A stretch of 58,249 nt of DNA, the filler included, from Platydemus manokwari (Eukaryota), in the NCBI GenBank assembly GCA_037951405.1. It is 5 parts of 5 records of this genome, joined end to end, with 100 filler letters (N's around TTAATTAATTAA, not from the genome) between each part and the next. Parts side by side here need not be neighbours in the genome. Positions count along the whole stretch, not along the records: positions 21,659 to 31,634 come from JBBMOY011182545.1; positions 31,735 to 44,248 come from JBBMOY010101121.1; 3 more parts are not named here. The stretch is one strand, 5' to 3'. Of this stretch, positions 22,801 to 38,300 are shown one piece after another. The position numbers and the translations under genes are program-made. The stretch's first letter is position 1. Every line of letters starts with the position of its first letter. The notes under the pieces are model-generated. The model was not told the DNA's origin. It saw only the letters and a program-made list of their open reading frames with translations, and made no database searches.

Positions 22801-24808
22801 TTTAATTTAATAAATAAGGTGCATGATATTATAAAATCGATTAAAATCATTTCAAACGTTCCAGAAAAAATAGCGAAATTAACCGAGTTTACCAAATAGC
22901 CTATTGAAATTGATATTACATTCAATAATAATATTACATTTCAGATAAATGTATGACTAGATAAGTGTTTTTTGTAATCATTAGTTAAAATAGAACTATC
23001 GTACTATCTTCAACAGTTTCCTTTAAATTCTGGAATTTTTTAAAGATTACATAACAAGTTTTTGTATTAAACCACCAAATCAATATTTTTAAATCTTAGG
23101 CACATTTAACGATTTTCGATTCCGATGTAGGTAACATTAAGCAAATTCATCTTCATAATTTTCTACAATACACACATTAGAAATTAATTTATCGTATTTA
23201 ATTACGTGGATTATCACCGGTGTTTCCCATTTTTGTTAACAATCATTTAAGGAACTAACATTATTTTGAATTCAAAGTAGAATAAATCGAGTTTCAGTCA
23301 AAATCATTTATTTGTGTGTACAAAAATAAAAACTTAGTCATAAGCTTTTGAGCATAAACATTTCTAGATTATTGAGTGTAGTAATATTGTTTATAAATAG
23401 TTTCTTGTCAAGTTTGTATCGTGATTTCTGAACTAAAGCGACATACATTATTTTAAGATATTATTTTAATAGTATCACGAAGTAAAATTGCATTTTGTTT
23501 CCAATTTGGAGGATCCATAGATATTGGTAATCTCAGATTATGAATGAAGTGAAATAAAAGTTATTCCTAATAAAAAGAAGCGAAGTTGTGAAACTGGTAA
23601 AATATTTAACATTAAAATATTATCAAAAAAGAACTGTAATTTTTTTACGTCCAATCATTCGACTAACATCACAAAAATCAAAATATAAATACTCTACATT
23701 AACAACTACACATTAAAGTTCAAATAATCTTGTTAAAATTATTAAGTTCTTTCATTGTCCAAATTTTCCAAGTTGTAAAATCCTAAATAATTTTAAATAG
23801 TTCAACATAATAAATCACAATGTACCAAGATATAGTTACTAAACTTTTCTATTTAGATTTAATAAAATTTAAATAATTCAAAGAATAATTGAAATTTATT
23901 AATTTGATTTAGAGACAACTTTGAACAACAAATTCGATTCAATATTTAAAAAAGAATCTTTCGAAAGTTATAAAAACTTGTAAGTTTTTATTGTCAAATT
24001 AATTTAATGATATCAATTTAGGTTTCTCAAATCGCAGACTAAAGAAAAAATAAATAATAATGAAATTAATAATGCTTTGTTTTTATCAGATGATTTTTGG
24101 TTCAATCAACAAGTGAACATCAATGATCATTTTATGAAATGAATTATGTTTCGAATCGAAAAAATAAAGTTCGTTGACAAAATTTACTTTTTACATTAAT
24201 TGACAGCAGATAAAGACACTTAGATATTCATATGAAAGACAAATATTTAATAAACATAAACGATTTTTTTAGTTTCAATAAATCGCAAATAATCGTTAGT
24301 TGAAACTGCACTTCTCATGTAAGCAAGTTATACAAATTTTCAACAAAATATTTATTTTCACTAAAAATAATTGAATTATTTAATAACTCCATTTATCAAA
24401 AAGCAAATATTGATCATATCAAAATACGGAATAGAACAGTGTCATCACAAAACTGAATTTGGTTTGGCTTAACACTTTAACATGCTGCTATAATTGAGTT
24501 GCTCGAAGTACAGATTGACTGAATCTTTATGAACAACAATTAAATAACAAAAATAAATGCAACAATTTGTTTTTTCGCAATTTATAGCAGCCATTAAGAA
24601 CAACCTATATTCAATAAATCCTGAAAATTAATTATAAATTTTTTTATCAAATTGAATAGTACAAATGAAAAAAAAATTAACTGAAACTACAGTAATATTT
24701 TTTTAAAAAAATAAAAAAGAAGTAGTATTAACAATATCTATTCATAAATTGGTTTGTTTTATTACAAAAACTTATATTAAAACATGATATAATTTATAAC
24801 GAACTTGT

Positions 24809-27800
24809 TTAGTAATCTTTCTTTAATTCTGCTTTTTTATACATTTTGAATAGATCACTTGCTGAATAATTGGGGCAAAATATTTTAACAAAATGCCACA
24901 AGTATCTAAAAGGAAAACATTAAAATTAAATTGTATTTAGCGTGCAAATTTGTTGTTGATTTAATAGATAAAATAGAACTGTCATTTATAATCGATGTTA
25001 AACGATTTGATATTGTCTATCATATTATGGTTTTTTAATCAAATAAACATTCGATGATATTTTTCCATGAATTCTGATGATAAATAAATAATCGATAATA
25101 ATATATAATATGATTCATGGTTTACATTTATTTGGTATATTTTATTCAATTAAAGTAAAATTTATATTTACAAAAGTATGACACGGATGGTTATAACTAC
25201 CGAAACCCACTGGTGCATATCAAAGGTCGAACGATGCCAAATTTTAGGAACGCCATGTATTGGAATTCTAGCTTTAATCTCAATTATCGACTTGCCTAAT
25301 TTTATTAAAGCTTTTTATAAAACCTATCTTAATATAAAATTATGCCAATCGATAGTTGAAATGAAAATAATTGTGATTTTATCAAACGGATTAATAATCA
25401 CCAGAGAATAATTCATAGATCAAAGGAATTGAAAGTTGTATAATATTAGAAATCTCGAATCTCTTAGAAAATTATATCAACTAAAAGAACAAATGAACTA
25501 TAAAACAAAGATTTTAAATTTTACATTGAATTTAGAATTAACACGTTTTTATCGATCACCGATTATTTACAATTCACATTAAAATATTGAATAAATACTA
25601 TTATATAAATTTGATGTTCTACAATATATCACTTACATAATAAAAACAAAAAACAATTTAATCTTACTTGAAATAATGTGATTTATGAGATTTATTAACA
25701 GTTTCCAATACTGATTGAATACGATTACCAACTCTGACAATGCTGTGATCAAGATATTGGTAATCTTCATTTTTCTGATTATTTGTGAGGATTTTCTGAA
25801 CAGCTGCGAGGTCTTTTCGACATTCTTTCATATAAGCTTTACACTAAAATGGGAAATTAAATAGTCGAAAATTTTACCAAATAGAAAATTTTAACACAAT
25901 CATTATGGAAAATTTCTTGGTGTTGAACTTGGAAATGAAAATATTTTATAAAACTAGTCAATGGGTAATTCGCAATGTAGTAAATTAGAATAAAATAATG
26001 AAAACTTTATATCTAATATTGTAATTGATAACAATATTTTCTATATTACACAATATAATATTCTTTGGTTCGCTGCAATTAGAGCATTTGTGTATGTGTG
26101 TGTGTCATTCAAGATCCAAATTAATAAAAAACAACTATAACCATAAGAATAAGAAGAGTTCTCAAGTCTAAAATTTTTATAAGATAGATTCCAAAAATGA
26201 TTTTTTTATCTTAATAAAATCCCCGGGGAGAAAGAGTTAAGTCGATTTTTGTACAGAGGAGTCAATCTAATAATTTACTTACTGTCATCAAACCCTTTGA
26301 TTGATACTATCAACCAACTCGACTCTCAATATTTTTAATTTCTTAATGACTGAAAACACAAAACTTTCTAAAAATAAGCTATATTTTTGTACAGAATGAA
26401 ATGTGATGAAAGCTATATTTGAATGATTATTTTAAAATAACAATGTCAGTTCATTCACAATCGTATTGAATACAAACTAAATAACTATAACACAAACTGA
26501 GATCTTACATAGAAATGAATTTAAATCAAAAATATCAAAAATAAATTATCATACACAAAGTAATAAAAATTTACTAATTAAAATAATAAATTGTTTTATA
26601 GTTCTTTTTACAAATTATATTTTTCAAACATCAATAAAGTGTTTATCCATAACAAAATAACACTGAATTCATCATTTTCGAACATTATTTATGTAAATAA
26701 TAATGATACATATAAGAAAAATATTATCAATATATAAATTTGAACAATATATATTTAACTAGTAAATATCGAAAATCAATAATCGCTACAGAGATATTTG
26801 AACTTTTATAAGACGATTAATATCATAATTAATAATATCTCTAACAATTTATATATGTATAACACAGATCGAATATATTATTATTAATGGCAAATCATAA
26901 ATTGTACATGTAATGTTCAATGGAGTGGGTTGGAGTTCATTTTTACTAATATCAACAACGAAATTATATTGTACGTGTGCCACATTATATCAGATCAGTT
27001 TTATACAACAATAACCAAATGTAAATCCCTTCATTTGCGCAATGATTGTTCCTCTACATTTTGTAGTTAATGATTTATATTATATATGTCAGAGGTGGCC
27101 AACTTTTGTGTACGTAAGATCGCTTTTCATTTGAATAACATCTCACGCGATAGACTAAAATTGGCTTCAAGATCGACCGGTTGACCACCCCTGATATATG
27201 TGACACCAAAAATATATATTGGAAAGATTAAAAATATCCATTTCATAGTTATACATTATCAATGTTAATAATAATGGTGATAATAATAATAATACTGGTG
27301 ATAATAATAATATTAGTANNNNNNNNNNNNNNNNNNNNNNNNNNNNNNNNNNNNNNNNNNNNNNNNNNNNNNNNNNNNNNNNNNNNNNNNNNNNNNNNNN
27401 NNNNNNNNNNNNNNNNNNNNNNNNNNNNNNNNNNNNNNNNNNNNNNNNNNNNNNNNNNNNNNNNNNNNTAACAAATTATCAAAATAATAAAAGACCAACC
27501 TCTTTGAACATAGCACCGGAACAAGATGTGAATTCGTCATCTCTAAAATCATCTAGATCAGCATGATTTAAGGGACGTTCTGGGGATGATGATTTATTGG
27601 ATATTGATGACAAACTGCTATCGGTATCTGATGGTGATTTGGATCGACAATTTTTATTGACGATTTTTGGTTCTGATTTACATTTGTCTGTTTCCATATC
27701 ACTAGCAATACTCGATGATGATTTTTTCAAATTGGCACCACCGAGCTTAAACTTCAATTTGATTGGTTGTTTACATTTCGTCAATACATCAAGCAAATAA

Positions 27801-30800
27801 TGAACACGTGTACTCAAATGTTTCTCTTGTGGCAAAATCGATTTGTCTGATTTGAGAATTTTACTTTTCAATTTCAATCGTGTATCGTATTTGATTTCTT
27901 TCCAACTCGACATACCGTGCTCGTAAACACCGACCAATAAATGATTATCATCATCACAGGTCCATTCACAATTCCAACTGGTTGGTTTGGTTTTATTGAT
28001 AAATTGATGATTAATGCGTTCATCATCGGAATATTGGGTCATGATCATATGTAATTCATTGAGTGAATCGATTTTTGTGATCAATGTTTTGGCAACGATT
28101 GCATAACCGTTATATTCGAATGTCAACGTATTCAATTCATCACTGTCACAGTTTTCCACAACGATTTTCCGACAACCGTCAATGATTTCCATGATGCAAT
28201 GACAGAGTTGCGATTCAGTTAATTTCAACAATTGCGTTTCCGATTGGATTTTTTCCAATCGTTTCTGTGGACAACCGAATTTCTGGATCGTTGTTGCCAG
28301 TTTTCTGGTTTCGATTTTATTCAATTTACCCGTGGTGCTCATTGAAATGTTGTTGGTGATTTTGGAGTTGGAGTTGTGTTTGGAATTGGATTCGGTGGTC
28401 ATTTTTTTCGGAATCATATCGATGATAGCGTTGAGATCACCACGATTTTTATTCAGTGTGTCGATATATTTCTTTGGAATCAATTCCGACCAGGTTTTCG
28501 CTTCAGCTTCCGTTGCGATTTCCGCTGGCGTATCCATGGTGTCAGTGTCTAATGATATGACTTTGAAAGACGATAAAAATGCATTGGTAGCACTGGATGT
28601 GTCCTGGTCACGGATTTCTGCTTGTTTGAGAATGGTTTGTAAATTGAAATCCGTTTCATCGCTATCATCGCATTCCTTGAATATTTCCTGAGCACTGAAC
28701 CGTAGAATGGCTTCGAAATCATCAGCTTCCAATTTGGATTTGTTGTTTTTCGAACTGATCCCATTGGCTTCCATTCGTTGAATGATCAAATGATCGAGCA
28801 CCATTTTCCGTTTGGCACGTTCGATGATTTTCTCTTCCACGGAATTTTTGATTACAAATCGATAAATGGAAACCTGTTTCGTTTGACCGATTCGATGGGC
28901 TCGAGCCATCGCTTGTAAATCGGCATGGGGATTCCAATCGCTATCGAAAATGATCACCGTGTCGGCAGTGGTCAAATTGATACCCAAACCACCGGCACGA
29001 GTGGACAATAAGAAACAGAAATCCGTCGAATTGGAAGCGTTGAAATTTTTAATGGCTTCGTTACGCATCACTGACGATCGACTGCCATCCAATCGTTGAA
29101 AGCCCCAACCTTTTAAACAGAGATAATCATCGAGTATGTCCAACATGCGCACCATTTGACTGAATATCAACACTCGATGGTTTTCCGATTTCAAATGGGT
29201 CAGCAATTTATCCAGAACAATCATTTTGCCGCTGGATTTAATCAGATATTCCTGCCGTTCGACGTGTGTGGAGAGATTTTTCAATTTTTCACTGATTAAT
29301 TCCACATGATTGCAACATTTCTTCAATTCGACAATCACATTCTTGAATATTGTTCGCTTGTTGGTTTCAGCTAGGAGCGAATCGAAATTTTTCGCCAATA
29401 TCAATCGATAAAGTTCTTTCTGTTTGTGAGACATATTGATGCGGAGAATCTGTTCGGATTTGGCCGGCAACGATTTTTCCACGTCTTTCTTTTCTCGTCG
29501 AATGATGTATGGAGCAATGGTTTCGCGCAAATTGGCCAATTTTTCATTGCACAACTCTTCATTGCCGTTATTGCCGAATTGTTGTTCGAATTCATCGAAA
29601 TGGACAAATGTTGTCGGCATAATAAAATGCAACAATGACCACAATTCTTTGATATTGTTCTGCAACGGTGTGCCGGTGATGAGAAATCGACAATTGGTAC
29701 TGAATGGATAAATCGTTTTGTACAGTTTCGATTCGGCACTTTTCAATCGATGAGCTTCATCGACACCGAGAAACGTCCAATAAATATTGCTGAGCAATGA
29801 TTTGTCATTCATAGCGATCTCATATGTGGTCAACAGAGCATTGAATTTCAATCGTTTCGTATTCGGTTGGAACCATTCGTATTTGCGAATGATTTCTCGC
29901 GATGCAATATCGCCCGTATAAACAACGGTATAGATTTCCGGTGCCCAAATATCGAATTCGCGTTTCCAATTATCAATGGTGCTCAATGGCACAATCAATA
30001 AATATGGCCCATAAATGTCATAGCGACGGAACAGTGTGCTGATAAAAGAAACGATTTGAATGGTTTTCCCCAAACCCATTTCATCGGCAAGAATGCCATT
30101 GTGACCGATTGTCCACAGTTTCAACATCCAATTCACACCGATTTCTTGATAATCTCGGAGAAATATTCGATTGCTATGGTGACCGAATATGAAATTCTTC
30201 GAAAGCGGTGTAAATACGGGCCGACGACGCAAGTACGGATTGTCGTGCGTCGGGATTTTAACGCTGCGCAAATTGTTTTTGTATTCGATTATTGCATTTT
30301 TGAACAGCGGTTCCACAACGCTCTCCGCCGATTCGGCAGTGACGTATTTGTAATCCAATGATTTCCATTTGATAAAATATTCCAAATTGCCCACTTTATC
30401 CACTTGATGGTGGATGACGCGATCGATTTGCATCTTCTGATAATTCATTTCTCGAACTTGTTCTTCGGCAAACAGACGCCGTTCCAATTCATCGGCGCTG
30501 CAAGAATTCTTGTATCGTTCGGCTTCCCGAAATGACTGAATGTATTTATCCAACTTTTTACGCCCTTCAACTCGTCCACGAGCCTTGAGGCTGTCTTCTG
30601 ATTCCCATGTGGCGTGAACGTAACTCCAATTTTTCCATTTTATTAAATATTGCTGTTCGGTTCCCTTTGTATTGTCAGATGAGTTGGGGTTATAAATAGA
30701 ATTATAAATTGTTGTTTCATCACCCGTTTCTCCTGGAATTCCTAACCGCGTATCCAAAACTTCTTCTATTGTATCGACTTCTTCAGTACTGTATATAAAA

Positions 30801-31288
30801 TGTGAATAAATTCATTTGAAAACATTTTTATTTAATGAGGTTTAAAATAATAGGAATTTAAAACTCGAAAACATTACAAAATATCATTTAAATTTACTAC
30901 AAAAAATTACAAAACCATTACGTTTCTGGTTTCAAAGATTCGTTTAAAATAGCATTTCTTGGTTTTTTTCTGACTTCTACATCAGAATTTTCATCTGAAT
31001 GATAATATGTTCTCTTTTCCTTTTTCCTTGTCTGATTCGATAACTTACATTAAAGAAAATAAGTCATATATCAAAACCTTAGATGAACTTGTTGAAGATG
31101 CACAAGGACTTTGATTAGAACTATATACATCATAAAAATCATTATAATTATTTTGAGGATATGTAAATTTTGAATAGAGATTTGGCGTTTGATTATCACA
31201 ATAATTAGAGTATCCAGAAGAATATCTCTGCCGACAATGTAATCATAAATCAAATTAGTGAATAAACACTTACATTAATGTTGTTCAT
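24809..31288 (-). CDS. CHD1: Chromodomain-helicase-DNA-binding protein 1/2-like remodeller (~1278 aa); exons 31288-31274, 31227-31078, 31031-30922, 30788-27500, 25843-25668, 24905-24809
   Basis: Tandem chromodomains (YLIKWKNWSYVHATWE; EYFIKWKSLDY), SNF2 ATPase (GILADEMGLGKT, DEAH, LITGTPLQN), helicase C (LLSTRAGGLGINL, QAMARAHRIGQ), SANT/SLIDE-like region. Last two exons encode the CHD1 C-terminal helical domain (CKAYMKECRK...IVRVGNRI...YLWHFVKIF...MYKKA*). All introns GT-AG and frame-consistent; the intron-2 acceptor has an in-frame alternative 12 nt upstream. Confidence 0.93.
27090..27193. mobile_element. 104-bp hAT MITE in CHD1 intron 4
   Basis: TIRs CAGAGGTGGCCAAC / GTTGACCACCCCTG. Perfect 8-bp TSD ATATATGT at 27082-27089 and 27194-27201. 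Confidence 0.9.
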
Positions 31289-32338
31289 AACAACTTAAAA
31301 AAATTACCTAAAAATAAATAGAAAATTTATTAAAATAAAAATTACAAATTAACAATTTATTTAGAATACGCATTACTTAACGAATACAATTATAGATCGT
31401 TATTAGTATGTTGAAAAGAAAATTATAAAATTTGATTAATGTACGAATAATACAGAAAATGTATTATTAATTATTTATTATTTTTGTAAATTTCATACCC
31501 GAAATTGTATCAATGAAAAATTAGTTTGAAATTTGATTTAATTTAAACAATACATAATTTAGAATAAAAATAAAAACTTAAGACTAATTATAATATTCCT
31601 ACGTTTTACATAAATAACTAATTATAACTTCTTANNNNNNNNNNNNNNNNNNNNNNNNNNNNNNNNNNNNNNNNNNNNTTAATTAATTAANNNNNNNNNN
31701 NNNNNNNNNNNNNNNNNNNNNNNNNNNNNNNNNNTTCAAACATGTCAATTTGTTTTTGGCTCATTGAAATATATCATAATTAAATTCAGTCAATAGGTAA
31801 TATAATTAATAGAAGTATGATAAAACCTACTTGTCTTACCCATCAGATATACAGAACAGTTTGCTATGTTAACATGAAGTATACATTGTGTATTGAAAAT
31901 TTTAAAACAATTTTTGATAAAGGGATTTAAATTTATCGTCAAGAATATCCTAAGAATCACGTTGAAAACCACTGTAGGTTATTTTCGGAATTTTATTTAT
32001 ATAATTTTATGGATAAATACTGTTCATGTTCTTGAAAAATTATCTAAATAAGATTGGGTTCATTTTTAACTTGTAATTTTTTTCTTTTGAGCGACAATTA
32101 GCAGATTCCCATATACGTTAAAGAGCTCTCTCTGGTAATATTTATTTGTCGAGATTTAATTTACTTGGATATTTACTCCAATTAATTATAATTAACTCCA
32201 ATTTAATCGATAGAATTATTGAAAATATTTATGTCAACAACTAATACTGGAAATACTACCAAATATGACTCCAATATTTTTATTGATTTTCGTTAAATAA
32301 AAAATTATTATAATGCAGACTAATTATCCTACTTTAAG

Positions 32339-35300
32339 ATCCATCGAAATAGATTAGCTTATTTCACTAAAGTTTGGAACGTTATGGACATTTTAATGAT
32401 TGTTTCGAGTTTTGTTTCCATTGCCATCAATATTTACCGAGTTATTATGGCAAATGCTATGGCTAAATACTTTGTAAATATAAACGCGCAAGATTCATAT
32501 CTGGATTTTGACTTTGTCGCTACATGGGATAAAAATTTTGACGAAGCTATTTCGATTACGGCATTCTTTGGTATGATTAAGGTAAACTCGTGATTCTGTT
32601 TTCGAATGATTAATATTATAATTAATAATAAATAATATAGATATTCAAATATATCAGCTTCAATAAAACAATGAATCAATTAACGGACACCTTAGGTAAT
32701 TGTCTTAAAAAAATAATTGGGTTTGCTGTTATGTTTTTCATTGTTTTCTTCGCTTTTGCCCAATGGGGTTATTTGCAATTTGGTTCTCAGATCGTCGACT
32801 TTTCTCGATTTCAAGATTCGGTGTAAGTTATGGATTTATATGTGATATTGTTCATATTATTTTTACTCTCTCATTACAGCTTTACATTGTTTCGTCTAAT
32901 TCTTGGCGATTTCAGTCTAACATCGCTGCTTCAAACAAGTACAAATATTGGACCGATATTTTATATTTCCTATGTATTCTTTGTGTTTTTCGTCTTGTTG
33001 AATATGTTTGTGGCAATCATAAGCGACTCGTATAAACGTGTGAAACGACGATTAATAAAATCAAAAGATGATTTGGAAATTTCAAGATTCATTGAAAGGG
33101 TATTGGAGAATATTTTCGGATTAAAATAGCATTTTTAGCAATTTTCTATAGCATTTCATTAATCGATTAAAGAGGAATAAAGTGGTTCAGATTCAAGACG
33201 TATTGGAAATTGAAGAAATTGTTAATTGTGAAGAATTAACTTATCAGAATTGGAGAGCAGAACTTAAGAAGTGTTTATTTATATTTCATAGATTATATAT
33301 ATTATTTTATAAATTATTATTTGATGTTGAAATAATAGTTTTTGAGAAAAATTTGAAATTTGAATTTATAGAAATGAAAATAAAAACAAGAACTTAAAAT
33401 ATTTAAAAGATATTTCATAACGATTTTCAACTTCAAAGTACCACTTTAAATTGATTTTATGTTGATAAATATAATCATGTAAACATTCATTTGTCCCAAA
33501 ATAAGTTAAATAAGATTTTTATTTTAATCTATTCTAATTTGGGTAAAACTTTATTTGTAGTAGATTATAATCAGTGTATAGTTGGCACTACAAAATATTA
33601 ATACAAAATTCAAATAAAATTGTTGAAAAATATTTAAAATGTTATGTCGAATCTTGGAATCCATGTAATGAGCACCCAAGATGTTTAAGACATTTCAATT
33701 TCTTACGGATAACTTCCTTAGGGCTCCTAATTGTTATTGATAATATTAGACTTGTGTTGGAAAGGTTATTTTCAAGTATTTTATCCTGTTTTAAATATTA
33801 TTCAAGTGGTTTGAATTTAACTTCATTGATTACTTTCTACATTGTTAATATTTCATGTCACTAACAAGTCCAGAAATTCCTGTTTGGAAATTTATTTTCA
33901 AAAAGCTTAATTCTCACGAGATTCATCCATTTGTTTTTTAACTTAATCCATGCAAATTACCATGTAAATCGATTCCTTTAGTCATCTTGAAGCTAAAATT
34001 TTTTCATTGCTGAGTTTGAGATTAGTTGTAATCATGTAAGGATCTTTTTGAAAATTCATGTCTAATTGTTTTGGAATAAAGCATGTGAGTAGGCATATTG
34101 GAATTTATTTAAAACAAAGAATTTTTAGTAATCTAACATGCATTGTCTGTCAAAGTCCAAATTCCACTACACTCATATACAGTGTATATGTACTACATAA
34201 GAATATACTTAGTAATTAACCAACAAAGAACTTATTTCCCTTTATTACCTAAGCTCGTTTATATACATATAACTTACATGCCAAATTTGGTTAACATTTG
34301 CTGATATACTAAAGGTAAATTTAATAAGACACATTTAATGAACACAAGTGCAAACTGATATGACAATGGAAATAGGCCACGATGATATTTACAATCTTAT
34401 AGGTCATCCTTTAGATCACTACAAATAGAAAGCCACTTTGAGTGACATCCAATTCTTATCCTTCTTTAGAACTGTGATGGAGGTTAAAGAAATACGAAAA
34501 AATGCTATTTATCTAAGCTAAAACAGTGTAGAAATTTTGACACCTAAAATTAAACTATTAGAGTTCTAGATTTTGACATGGAGTTAATTTTAAACCATGA
34601 AGTTCCTTTTAAGTTTTGTCTCAGAGATCAGCGAAATGTAGATTAGAACGAGTTGCACATCGAATGTATCAAAAGAATGATATGTCCTGTATGAAGCATG
34701 TAATTGATCAACGACTATTTTCGAGATACTTAATTTCAAAATCATTCGAACTTTTGAAGATTCCAGCACTCTGCTTTGCAGGAGTAAATTTTTCTCAGAT
34801 CATGATATAGTTAATATTATATTAATTAAATACATTCAAGATTCTGAGACTAGAAAAGCCAACTACCTAGTGGGAAGAATTAAAGACAATCATCAGTACT
34901 GAAGAAATCACTTAAAATCGCAATTAGTATAAAGACACAACCAGCAAAGTGTGAATTTTAAATTCGGTATCAGTTAAGAGATTACTGAAATGGGATTAGA
35001 TAAATTAGATAATACAACCTATAAAATACTCACATATAAAGTCGATGGAGTTGACTTGAATGTAACCCTACCACTAACCAAATGAAAAAAATATGAAATA
35101 CTATCAAATAATATTAAAACAAATACTGACGACGATAAAAATGATTAGAAAAAGGTTTACACATGATCTGGATGCAATTTACAAATTAAGACACTCAGGG
35201 AACTATTTGTTTGGGTTTTTGAAATATATCATTATAGAATCATTAACAAAAAACCCAATCACGATGGCTCGCAAGCCGCTATCATAGGCCGAACACAAAC

Positions 35301-38300
35301 TTATTAACTGAAAATCATCAACTATTATGTCACTGTGACATCACATTATTTAATTCCATATTTATAATCATTTACTTCTTATTTTTTATGCTTTTAGCAA
35401 TGCATCAACGATTTCATATACGAATAATTTCCTGGGCCATAAATTTTAAAGGGGAAAAATGATATGGAGTCCTGAAGTATCGAAAATATAAAATAATAAA
35501 ACAAATAATAAAAACTAATATAAAATCAAATAAGCTATCAATGCCCGAAGCCAGAACTAAATTAAACAGGGTGTATTAAGTCTTGATATTACAAACATGG
35601 TTCATATCAATGCAGAATCGGACGATATCAAAGTGTAACTGACGTCACTACATCAGTTTACGTTTTTTGTCTGGTATGTATTTATATTTGTACTCAGTTC
35701 TTTGTGTGCAATCATGACATATATAAGTAATTATATAAATAAATATATAAGCAATGGTTGATTGCTTGTAATTTATATAATTTTATTAAAGATTCGGATA
35801 TTAATTTGAGAAACATTAGTTTAATTTAATTTAATAATTCGATTTCTAGATATTTAAAATTTGCTTGGGTGGCTTTTATTTATTATTATTGTCAATTATC
35901 GTTAAATGCATGGGAGTCTTCCATGCACATTAGAAAAGTGTAATTCAAATTGCATGGAACTCTTTCATATCTTGGATAATGGACATTTAAATCGACATTG
36001 AAAATGAGAGTTTCAATATAATGAAATGATGTGGAAAATACTTATAATTATTTTTCATGACAATATCTCATATTTATTAATAGGATGTTATTTTAAATAA
36101 AGTTTTGTTTTACATTTCATTGTATTGATTGTGGAGTATAAGTAGTTTATTTCCCATTATTATAATTTGCTCAGCATCAAATTAAAATAGTAATGAGAAC
36201 CAACAATGATGTATTGATTTCATAAATGTAGTTAAATTATCGCGTGTGTTGTATTTGAAATGCCTGTAAAACAGTTAGATTGTGATAAGAATTTCTAATT
36301 ATCCAAATGGTTCTTTTAGAAGTCGTAGGCTATAAAATGTACTGTCAATATTTCGATGAAATGAAGTTTAACATTTATAGGAAATGAAGATAATATTTTT
36401 ATCAATGAATCAAATGCTAATAATTAATATAATATTTCATTAAATTATATTTAAAGTATTTAAAAATTTCATTCCCAAAACTTATTCGATTTCTGTTTAT
36501 TTTAAAATGTTAATTAGAACTCAAGATGTTATTTATTTCATTAGACGCGGTTATGCTGATGTGGAAATTCAAGCTTTATTTCTTCAATATGATTTAGATG
36601 GAGATCAGATTTTAGATTATGAAGAACGACGAAAAATGATTAATGATTTCAAAAATAATAAGGTATATTAATTAAACAAGACCATTTTATTTTTTGTTTT
36701 TATAATTTATTTTCGCTTTTGATTAGATTGAACTGATCTGTATTATTTTATGAATTAAGATTTGAGTTTATTTAAAATTTATGATATAACACTGTCAGAT
36801 CTTTTTCATCGATAATATAAGAGAGAAAAATAATATGTATAAATGCGATTTATTCAATCTTCCAGCACATACTTGAGATCGTATTCTTGATTATGAATTA
36901 AATAAATCATTGTATAATGAGTAGATTCTTACTTAGTTATAATTTCAAAACACTTCCATATTGTCGAAAGTTTTATGAATGTTGGTGAAATGCTCCAATG
37001 TAGAAACCACTTCTTATTAATTCTTCATTTGGATGGTTACATGTATTTTATGTAAAATCGTTCAAAGTAAAAGTGCATTTTAAAGGACTAAATAAATTAC
37101 TTATACTATAGTAACAATAAAAATAAATCGTAAAATTAATCAAGAATTGAAATAGATGTGTTTCTAAAATTGATATCTACTTCAGAATCTTCTATCTAAT
37201 GAAAATATGATGTAATTACCAATGATCCATAGCTAAAGGTTGATAATAAAAAAAATTATTGTTTCAAATGAGAATTTAAAAGTGAATGTCTAAGTATTAT
37301 ATTGATCTATTGATTGTTTCACTGGTTGCCTCAAGAAGCAGTTCAACGATATGATGGTTATATACTCCTTTCTTCTTATTTGTATCGATTAGAACATCAA
37401 ATCTATCATTACATAATTCTCACATTGGTGGATTCTAATTCATTTACCACATGGTCTTTGATATCTTCGATAGTTATTTTCTTAATTTAAAATTTATATT
37501 AAAATATAATTTTTCCTCAGAGTTCTCAACTTCATTATTAGTTAACGTCTTCCTATATCACAGATTTGATTCATATTCTCTTTTGGTTGACTTGTTTGAT
37601 TAGTCATCGTTCTAGTTTTCGTAGTCGTTTAATTGTTTGGGATTGTCCCGTAGCATCAGAGTTTTCTCAAATTGATCGTAGATTTTTTTCCAAGTTACTT
37701 CGCACGGCATATTTCAGTAAGCACTTTTTGATTATCTTTGCTTTATTTACCTTGTCATTTAACTCCCATTGCTTGTAACTTCATTTGATGTTTGAAGTTA
37801 AGCAATATTTTATTTCTCCTCAATTTTTCAGATTTTTTCTGCAAAATTTTATTATTGTTCACCATCTAGCTTTGAGACCTCAACTCGCGATAGTTTTAAG
37901 GAATATTAACCATTGTGGCAGTCTGAACCCAATTTCTTTTGTGCGGCTTGAATAATAGAGAAAGCTTTATTGCTAGCAAATCTTATGTTGTTCGAAGTAT
38001 CAAATGAATATTTGGTGCAAACTAGGAAGACCTTCCTTTCTGGATGATTGAAAATTCAAAAATCAATCAGTTTTTGTTGTCAAAACACAGTCCATCTTAG
38101 ATAATTTTCATTTTGTGATCACGCCTTGTAATTCTGAATTATTTTGAAGTTAGCTAAAATGCGGACCTGTGTTTCATCCTCTGTTTGATATTTTATGCAG
38201 AATCTAAAATTTTAATGTGGGTGTTTGTTTATTTATAGAGTTTAGATTCTGTTGATCAAGTTAAGCTCATCTGCAGTGGGCCTTCTTTGTAAGATAGGTC

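Noticed and set aside
27597-30361. Many short ORFs overlapping CHD1 on both strands
   Set aside because: Shadow frames of a long, relatively GC-rich exon; no independent motifs.
31288-32339. Apparent head-to-head CHD1/PKD2 bidirectional promoter
   Set aside because: An artificial linker lies between them and the N-terminal half of PKD2 is missing, so the spacing is not real.
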